DNA of 32,000 bases from Synechocystis sp. PCC 6803 substr. PCC-P (GTDB lineage: Bacteria > Cyanobacteriota > Cyanobacteriia > Cyanobacteriales > Microcystaceae): NCBI RefSeq assembly GCF_000284455.1, contig NC_017039.1, positions 390,001-422,000 on the forward strand. The letters are read 5' to 3'. Below the pieces are notes generated by a model. The model had not been told where the DNA came from, ran no database searches, and worked only from the letters and a program-made list of their open reading frames with translations. Below, piece after piece: positions 25,664-32,000 of the stretch (within the stretch, counting starts at the first letter, position 1; every line of letters begins with the position of its first letter). A program made the position numbers and the translations under genes.

Positions 25664-26347
25664 GTGAATCCCATTGAGTTGATGCAAAAGGGCGGCGTGG
25701 CCATGTGGCCCCTGCTTCTCCTATCGATTTTGTCCGTCAGCACCATCATCGAGAGGTTGTGGTTTTGGGGCCAAGTCATTCTCAAAAGCTCCCAAACGGC
25801 TTCCCGTATTTTAGACACGGCGGCCCGGGATTGGGATACGGCCATTCGAGTCGCCCAGGACAGTCGTCGTTTTCCCATTGCTAAATATCTGTTGGCTCCA
25901 TTGCGTTTGCCCCACCCAGACCCAGAGGTTTTTCACCTGGCGTTGGAGTCGGCGGCGGACGATCAATTGGCTCTCATGCGGCGGGGAGACAAAATTCTGG
26001 AAGCCATTATTGCCCTGTCCCCCCTATTGGGACTGTTGGGTACCGTGTTGGGTTTGATCCAATCCCTTAGTTCCATCCAAATTAGCGATTTGGGTACAGC
26101 TTCCACCGCTGGAGTCACCCTTGGTATTGGGGAAGCACTGATTTCCACAGCGGCCGGTTTGATCATAGCCATTGTTAGTTTGGCCTTTTACCGTGTGTTT
26201 CAGGGGCTATGGTTCAACCAAATGCGAGTCTTCCGTAAAGTAGGCAGTGAACTAGAGGTGCTCTATCGCCAACGCTGGTTTGAAGAGGAAATGGCCTACG
26301 ATGACGGCCTAACCCCCAGCCCGGAAGCGGAAAGTTTGCCCCAATAG
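25664..26347 (+). CDS. exbB: MotA/TolQ/ExbB family proton-channel protein
   Basis: 227 aa with three TM segments and the family core [12 protein letters not shown]...[15 protein letters not shown]. The track start is GTG 25664, with an alternative ATG six codons downstream. Confidence 0.85.
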
Positions 26348-26457
26348 TTTTGCTGGAATCAACTTTTCCAGGCTTGTTAGGATTGGGGAGGTTGATTGAG
26401 CCTATTTTTAGGCATCTTCCCCAGGATTGAGTCCGGTTTTTTCTCCTTCCCATCACC

Positions 26458-27267
26458 ATGGCATCTTCCCCTAAAGCCCCCAAGTCCCACCGTAAATTCC
26501 AGTCCATTTACCATCCCACCCGTCCCCTGTCCCTCTGGCAGGATAACCAACATGACCAGGGGGAAGTGCGCATTGAGATTATTCCCCTGATTGACGTTGT
26601 TTTCTGTATTCTGACCTTTTTTATCCTGGGGGCGGTGGGGCTATCCCGACAACAAGCCATTAGTTTAGATTTACCCCGAGCTAGCACTGGGGCTCCCCAA
26701 ATGCGGGAAATGTTTATGGTGAGCCTGGACGATCTGGGGCAACTTTATGTGGAAAAACAGCCGGTAAGCCAGGAGCAGATGGTTAGTGCCCTGCAAAATT
26801 ATCACCAATACAATCCCAGCGGTTTGATTGTGCTCCATGCTTCCCGCAATGCCAGTTATAACGATGTGGTGCAATTACTGGATACTCTGCGAACCGTGGG
26901 CGGCGATCGGGTGGCTTTAGCGACTTTACCCGGCGATGGCCAAACTCCCTCGGGCATGAACCCCAATAGCTTTAATAATCCTAATTTGGGATTACCGGGC
27001 ATGACTCCGGGCAACGCATTCCCCAATGGTGCCAATCCGGGAATGTCCAATTTTAATAACTCGAATCCTGGGGGTTCCGGTGCGGGCGTCCCTAATTTTA
27101 GTAACACTCCCTTACCAGGTATGCCCGATGCCAATGGCAATGTGTCTCCCAATCCTGGTATGAATCCTGGTTTTCCCGGTGGAGGCGCCATGAGCCCTGA
27201 CCCCAACTCCCAATCGCCCAATTTACCTGGGATGGGTAACACCGTGCCCAGTGCCCCCCAACAGTAA
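26458..27267 (+). CDS. exbD: ExbD/TolR family protein with a long Asn/Pro/Gly-rich C-terminal extension
   Basis: The ExbD core reads IEIIPLIDVVFCILTFFIL...LYVEKQPVS...ASRNASYNDVVQLLDTLR. About 100 aa of low-complexity N/P/G-rich sequence follows. Confidence 0.8.
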   Translation: MASSPKAPKSHRKFQSIYHPTRPLSLWQDNQHDQGEVRIEIIPLIDVVFCILTFFILGAVGLSRQQAISLDLPRASTGAPQMREMFMVSLDDLGQLYVEKQPVSQEQMVSALQNYHQYNPSGLIVLHASRNASYNDVVQLLDTLRTVGGDRVALATLPGDGQTPSGMNPNSFNNPNLGLPGMTPGNAFPNGANPGMSNFNNSNPGGSGAGVPNFSNTPLPGMPDANGNVSPNPGMNPGFPGGGAMSPDPNSQSPNLPGMGNTVPSAPQQ

Positions 27268-27302
27268 TTGATTGATAGTAATTGGCTGAAACTGCATTGC
27301 CT

Positions 27303-28643
27303 ATGATTTCGGCTCGACAATTGGCCTTTTTGATTCTGCGAGACATCAATCGCCGGGATAGTTACACTGATGTGGCCATTGACCGGGCTTTGCAAAAACA
27401 TCCATTGTCTCCCCCCGATCGCCGTTTTTGTACGGAATTGGTGTACGGAGTGGTACGCAGACAAAGAACCCTAGACTGTTTAATTGAACAACTTGGCGAT
27501 CGCCCCATTGGTAAGCAACCTCCGGATTTAAGACGGATTGTGCAACTGGGACTATATCAACTGCGTTACCTAGACCAGGTACCGGCTTCAGCGGCGGTCA
27601 ATACCGGTGTGGATTTGGCCAAGGCCAATGGCTTAAAGGGATTAAGTAAAGTTGTCAACGGTATGTTGCGTCGCTACCAACGGGCGGAGGAACAGGGAAA
27701 GAACATTTTAGACCAGGAAAAAATCAGTTTGGGGGAGCAATATAGTTTTCCCGATTGGTTAATGGAGTTATTCGAGCAAACCTGGGGCAAGGCAGAAACG
27801 GAATCTCTCTGTGCCTATTTCAATCAAAATCCTTCCCTAGATCTACGCATTAACCCGTTAAAAACTAGCAGAGTAGAAGTGGCCCAAAGCCTAGCGGAAC
27901 TTAATCTAACCACCACGGCAATGGCAGGTTTGCCCCAGGGTTTAAGATTGGGCGGAAAAACCGGGGCCATCACCCAACTGCCAGGGTTTGCGGAGGGTTG
28001 GTGGACAGTGCAGGATGCCAGTGCCCAATGGGTGGCCCAAATCCTTAATCCCCAACCGGAGGAAACTATTTTTGATGTTTGTGCGGCCCCCGGCGGCAAA
28101 ACCACCCACATAGCCGAGTTGATGGGAGATCAAGGACAAATTTATGCTGGCGATCGCCATGGTTGGCGGTTACAAAAATTGGCCGTTACCCAACAAAGAT
28201 TGGGACTAACCAGCATTAAAATTTGGGAAGGAGATTTAACTCAACCGGGAGTCAAACCTCCTGTGGAATTGGTGGATCGAGCTTTGCTGGATGTGCCCTG
28301 TTCTGGCCTAGGAACTCTCCATCGCAATCCGGACCTGCGGTGGCGACAAACTCCCGCTACCATTGCCACCCTTCTGCCCCTCCAGCAGGCTCTATTAAAG
28401 GCGATCGCCCCTCTAGTGAAATCCGGTGGCACCCTGGTTTACTCCACCTGCACCTTGAATCCGGCGGAAAATGAAGCTCAGATTGAACGGTTTTTGCAAG
28501 ATCATGAAGATTGGCGATCGGAGCCTTTTGAGTGGACTAGTCCCCAAGGTCAAACTAACTCGGTAACATCAGGGATGCTGACTATCTTGCCCCATCACCA
28601 CCACCAAGATGGTTTTTTCATTGCAAATTTGAAGAAAGCTTAA
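27303..28643 (+). CDS. rsmB: 16S rRNA (cytosine-C5) methyltransferase RsmB/Sun
   Basis: An N-terminal NusB-like domain is followed by the SAM motif DVCAAPGGKT and the catalytic DVPCSGLGT and YSTCT motifs. The track start is TTG 27282, so ATG 27303 (MISARQLAFL) is preferred. Confidence 0.9.
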   Translation: MISARQLAFLILRDINRRDSYTDVAIDRALQKHPLSPPDRRFCTELVYGVVRRQRTLDCLIEQLGDRPIGKQPPDLRRIVQLGLYQLRYLDQVPASAAVNTGVDLAKANGLKGLSKVVNGMLRRYQRAEEQGKNILDQEKISLGEQYSFPDWLMELFEQTWGKAETESLCAYFNQNPSLDLRINPLKTSRVEVAQSLAELNLTTTAMAGLPQGLRLGGKTGAITQLPGFAEGWWTVQDASAQWVAQILNPQPEETIFDVCAAPGGKTTHIAELMGDQGQIYAGDRHGWRLQKLAVTQQRLGLTSIKIWEGDLTQPGVKPPVELVDRALLDVPCSGLGTLHRNPDLRWRQTPATIATLLPLQQALLKAIAPLVKSGGTLVYSTCTLNPAENEAQIERFLQDHEDWRSEPFEWTSPQGQTNSVTSGMLTILPHHHHQDGFFIANLKKA

Positions 28644-28805
28644 CAATCCTAACGGCGATCGACTCTTCCCCCCCACAATAGAAACAGTGAATCAAAATTC
28701 TGGCCAGGGGATCAACGCCTCAAAAGTAATATATGGGACTTATTTCTTGGTCGGGAACTTTAGCTGAGTTAACTGTACCATTCCATCCCTGGGGGGTAAT
28801 GCGCC

Positions 28806-29228
28806 ATGACAAAAACTGCTAAAACTAAACAACTACTCAAAATTCTGATTGGGGCCGCCTGGCTAGATGGGGTAATCGAAGTCGAAGAAAGGCAATATCT
28901 ACGCCGCTTAGCGGCAGGATATGAACTAGAAAATGATCTGGAATTACAGACCCTTTTGTCAGAACTAAAATCCGTAGAAGCACCCCAATGTTATGCCTGG
29001 GTAAATGAGTATTTAGGAGATTATCCCAGTGAGCAGGAATATTCCGAATTGCTAGAAGCATTAAGTGGTCTGCTCTATAGTGACGGCGATATTCAAACCC
29101 AAGAAGCCCAGTTGCTTGCCTCCCTGCAGGAATCAGATCCTGGCCATGGCCACCCCAAATCGTCCCTTGATAAATTTCTCGGTAAGGTCCAGCGGCTTTA
29201 CCTTCGGGCCGTACAAAAGGCAGGTTAG
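28806..29228 (+). CDS. TerB-like / DjlA N-terminal-like small protein (hypothetical)
   Basis: 140 aa and all-helical. The pattern LIGAAWLDGVIEVEERQYL and LLYSDGDIQTQEAQLL resembles the repeated aDG.i...E motif of TerB-family domains. This is a weak, motif-level call. Confidence 0.45.
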   Translation: MTKTAKTKQLLKILIGAAWLDGVIEVEERQYLRRLAAGYELENDLELQTLLSELKSVEAPQCYAWVNEYLGDYPSEQEYSELLEALSGLLYSDGDIQTQEAQLLASLQESDPGHGHPKSSLDKFLGKVQRLYLRAVQKAG

Positions 29229-29259
29229 GTTTTTTCACTTGGGCTTATTGAGAGCAAAC

Positions 29260-30366
29260 ATGATGACTTGGTTGACCATTCCGTTTTTAATTCTGGGGTT
29301 AGGCATTTTAGTGGCGGGGGCAGAAATTTTAGTCAAAGGGGCTTCCCGCATTGCCTTGATGGCGGGGCTTTCTCCCTTAATTATTGGTTTAACCATTGTG
29401 GCCTACGGTACGAGTATGCCGGAAATGGTGGTTAGTCTCCAAGCGGCGATCGCCGGCCAGGCCGATATTTCCATTGGCAATGTGGTGGGCAGTAATATTT
29501 TCAATGTGTTGTTGATACTGGGGGTCTGTTCCATCATTACACCCCTTATTGTGGCCCAACAGTTAATTCGCTTAGATATTCCCATTTTGATTGGGGTCTC
29601 TGGACTGTTGCTAATGTTTGGTTGGGATGGGCAAATTAGTCGAGTTGATGGCGTAATTTTAGCCAGTGGAGCCATTCTCTACACAACTTTTCTGATCCGG
29701 CAAAGTAAAAAAGAAAATAACCCCGATGTCACCGAAGAATACCTCAAAGAATTTGGGGAACCTGTGCCTAAAACCGGCAAACAGATATTCATTCAAATTG
29801 CTTATGTTGTAGGGGGCGTTGCCCTGCTTGTGTTGGGGTCTAGCTTATTAGTGAAAAGCTCCGTGGCCATTGCCAAAAGCCTAGGCATCAGTGAATTAGT
29901 AATTGGTTTAACCCTAATTGCGGCGGGGACTTCTTTGCCAGAATTGGCCACTTCTGTAGTGGCTAGTTACCGGGGGGAGCGGGATATTGCGGTGGGTAAT
30001 GTGGTGGGCAGTAATATTTTTAATATTTTGGCCGTATTGGGTTTTGCCGCCATTTTTTCCCCCAACGGTATCCAGGTTTCTAACTCTGCTTTTAACTTTG
30101 ATATTCCTGTGATGTTTGCCGTTGCCCTAGTTTGTTTGCCTGTCTTTATTACCGGCAGATTAATTGACCGCTGGGAGGGCTTTTTATTCCTGTTCTATTA
30201 CATTGCCTACACTGCCTATTTGGTGCTTGATGCTACCCACAATCAGAATTTACATATATTTAATAATGTGATTCTTTTTGTGGTTATTCCCGCAACGGCG
30301 ATCGCCCTAGGACTATCCCTTATCCCCGATTTAGTGAGGGGGAAAAAAAACGATACCGGAATCTAA
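29260..30366 (+). CDS. Ca2+/cation antiporter, CaCA family (YrbG-type Na+/Ca2+ exchanger)
   Basis: There are two alpha-repeats, GTSMPEMVVS...GNVVGSNIFNVL and GTSLPELATS...GNVVGSNIFNIL, with about 10 TM segments. The start is set at ATG 29260 (MMTWLTIPF). The track ORF's 65 upstream codons overlap the previous gene. Confidence 0.9.
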   Translation: MMTWLTIPFLILGLGILVAGAEILVKGASRIALMAGLSPLIIGLTIVAYGTSMPEMVVSLQAAIAGQADISIGNVVGSNIFNVLLILGVCSIITPLIVAQQLIRLDIPILIGVSGLLLMFGWDGQISRVDGVILASGAILYTTFLIRQSKKENNPDVTEEYLKEFGEPVPKTGKQIFIQIAYVVGGVALLVLGSSLLVKSSVAIAKSLGISELVIGLTLIAAGTSLPELATSVVASYRGERDIAVGNVVGSNIFNILAVLGFAAIFSPNGIQVSNSAFNFDIPVMFAVALVCLPVFITGRLIDRWEGFLFLFYYIAYTAYLVLDATHNQNLHIFNNVILFVVIPATAIALGLSLIPDLVRGKKNDTGI

Positions 30367-30603
30367 TTTCCACCAAAGCCCATTGGGCACCGGATAATTT
30401 GCCTTGACTGATATGCTCCCACCCGTTTAAACGATTGACAATCCAACGATTAAACCTTTGACCCTAGTAAGGGTTCTGTTTTGACCTTTCAGATAGACCA
30501 GGGGGAATGGGCAACACAGGGAACTTCAGGGGTAAAAACGTTAAGCTAAAACAGAACTGGGCACTCTGCCTGGGGTTGACTGTTTGGGAGCAAATTGGTT
30601 GCC

Positions 30604-31833
30604 ATGTTACGTCTCATCACCCAGTCCGGTGACATTGTTCAGGAGTTGCGACGTTTACATCATCGTCCCGTTCCTTCCCCCTGGCCGGTCATGGCCCAGG
30701 TGGTGGCGGCGATGGAGCATTGGGCTGCCATGGACCAGGATGCTCCCCCCAGAGTTAGTGGAGCGGAGTTGGATGCGGCTTATCAACGCATTAGCCAGGA
30801 AAAATTGTCGGTGATTCGCCAGGCTTGCGCTGCCCTGGAGCAGGTTTACCGCCCGCAACTGCCCAAGACCCAAGTAAGCTTTCCGGAAGATGGCACAGTG
30901 CGGGGACAAAGGTTTTATCCGGTCAGAAGAGCTGGTTTTTATCTAGAAGCAAAAAGGGGCGATGCCCTGGGCAATTTACTCCGCCAGGGGATGTTGGCCA
31001 AGACTGTGGGGGTGGCGGAACGGGTTTTGGTGACGGAAACCATTAGTTCGACTATTTTGGTGGCGGCCCAGGAAATGGGCATTGAAGAAATTTATCTGGC
31101 CGCTGGGGTGCCGGCGATCGCCATGCTGACCTGGGGAGCAAAAAATATTGCCCCGGTGGAGTCCATTACAGGGGCAGGCTGCCCAAGGGTGATGGCGGCT
31201 AAACAATTGGTGAGTGGTGTGGTAACCATTGACCAAACCCTGGCTAGGACAAATTTAATGGTGCTAGCGGACGGTGAAGCTAACGGACAATGGCTAGCCC
31301 TGGATTTGTTAGCCCATGCCGAACAATATCCCAATGCCAGCGCAGTGCTACTGACCGATCGCCTGGAGTTGGGGGAAGAGGTGATTCAATCAGTCAATCG
31401 CTATTGTCGGGAGCAGGAACATTCTGTACATACGGAAAAGGCTTTGGCCCATTACGGCCTAGTGGCGATCGTCGAAGACCTAGAGGCCTGTGGAAGTTGG
31501 ATCAATGAGTTTTGCCCCCATATTTTACTGTTAGCCATGGAAGACCCCTGGACCATGGTGGAGAAAGTTCAGCGAGCCAGGGAAATTTACATCGGCCACC
31601 GCAGTCCGAGCATTTTGGGTCATTACCTCAGTGGGGCCAACCGTCTGCAAACCCAGGATGGGGCCATGGCCACCGCTAGTGAATTGGCATTCCATTGTTT
31701 TCTGCGCTCCAGTCAATTACTCGACTACGGCAATAATCCACCGCCCCCTTGGTTAAAGGATTTGGTCAATTGGCAAGGCCTGACGGCGATCGAGGAACGC
31801 TTGGGGCAATTGGGTCGACTCAAGGAAAGTTAG
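30604..31833 (+). CDS. hisD: Histidinol dehydrogenase-like protein (divergent HisD paralog)
   Basis: 409 aa from ATG 30604 (the track start is TTG 30595). The protein is colinear with HisD (GAGCPRVMAAKQLV against GPGNAFVTEAKRQV, and SPSILGHYLSGANR against SPESAGDYASGTNH). The catalytic and Zn positions are substituted. Confidence 0.7.
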   Translation: MLRLITQSGDIVQELRRLHHRPVPSPWPVMAQVVAAMEHWAAMDQDAPPRVSGAELDAAYQRISQEKLSVIRQACAALEQVYRPQLPKTQVSFPEDGTVRGQRFYPVRRAGFYLEAKRGDALGNLLRQGMLAKTVGVAERVLVTETISSTILVAAQEMGIEEIYLAAGVPAIAMLTWGAKNIAPVESITGAGCPRVMAAKQLVSGVVTIDQTLARTNLMVLADGEANGQWLALDLLAHAEQYPNASAVLLTDRLELGEEVIQSVNRYCREQEHSVHTEKALAHYGLVAIVEDLEACGSWINEFCPHILLLAMEDPWTMVEKVQRAREIYIGHRSPSILGHYLSGANRLQTQDGAMATASELAFHCFLRSSQLLDYGNNPPPPWLKDLVNWQGLTAIEERLGQLGRLKES

Positions 31834-31866
31834 AAAAGTATAGTAGTTTCAAATAAGGCTGAGACG

Positions 31867-32000
31867 CTAAACGCCACAGTAAGAACGGATAATTTCATCA
31901 AGAGACGTGTCAATAGGAGCGTACATTCTAGCTCGTTTCAAGGCACTAAAGTCATGCTCAATATCATTTAAATCAGGAGAATATTTCGGCAAAAAAAGAA
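31867..32000 (-). mobile_element. 3' end of an IS630/Tc1-mariner-family transposase gene (ISY100-like); the element continues beyond the window
   Basis: My own minus-strand translation is LFLPKYSPDLNDIEHDFSALKRARMYAPIDTSLDEIIRSYCGV*, with the stop at 31867-31869. YSPDLN.IE is the DDE-region hallmark of IS630-family transposases. The element end must lie between 31834 and 31866 and is not resolved. Confidence 0.7.

Noticed and set aside
25645-25677. A 10-codon uORF ([10 protein letters not shown]) overlapping the exbB GTG start
   Set aside because: It is too short, it is unconserved as far as I can tell, and it is equally explained by chance. It mainly reflects uncertainty in the exbB start.
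26856-27464. A 202-aa minus-strand ORF opposite the exbD tail
   Set aside because: It is the mirror image of the Pro/Gly/Asn-rich low-complexity coding sequence. It also overlaps the rsmB start and has no independent support.
29065-29259. A 65-codon N-terminal extension of the CaCA antiporter ORF
   Set aside because: It overlaps the 3' end of the TerB-like gene in another frame. The first TM helix and an ATG-ATG pair begin at 29260.

Overview
The window looks like a cyanobacterial chromosome, most similar to Synechocystis sp. PCC 6803. The octamer GCGATCGC (HIP1) occurs about 35 times by eye, and the gene content fits that genome as I remember it. Coding density is high. I saw no rRNA, tRNA or CRISPR array.

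Gene order, left to right:
- Minus-strand run: partial FAD oxidoreductase, a small coupled ORF, a bestrophin-like channel, sucC, TerC, a 673-aa flotillin/SPFH protein and a GT2 glycosyltransferase.
- obg (+) and a 57-aa high-light-inducible protein missing from the ORF track (+).
- gloB, a dihydroorotase-like gene and an Amt ammonium transporter (all minus).
- A receiver-histidine kinase hybrid and a tandem USP protein (+).
- The phosphate-scavenging pair (minus): a 1409-aa atypical alkaline phosphatase/5'-nucleotidase (phoA) followed by a 1885-aa ExeM/NucH-type nuclease (nucH). A four-box, 11-bp-phased Pho-box array lies upstream of phoA.
- cysC, exbB-exbD, rsmB, a TerB-like protein, a CaCA antiporter and a HisD-like gene (+).
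- The 3' end of an IS630-family transposase at the right edge.

Most notable signals:
1. phoA and nucH share a 645-bp 3' block. It encodes a tandem Trp-rich module of unknown function, and its mosaic 90-99% DNA identity suggests gene conversion. Neither giant protein has an N-terminal signal peptide.
2. Two apparent pseudoenzymes or neofunctionalised paralogs: a DHOase-like protein with the HxH motif changed to YSY, and a HisD-like protein with every remembered Zn/catalytic residue replaced.
3. An ExbD with a roughly 100-aa Asn/Pro/Gly-rich tail.
4. An HLR1-type repeat abutting the obg stop codon, upstream of the hli gene.

I found no clear defence or mobile system beyond the IS fragment. The rest of the window is ordinary housekeeping sequence.
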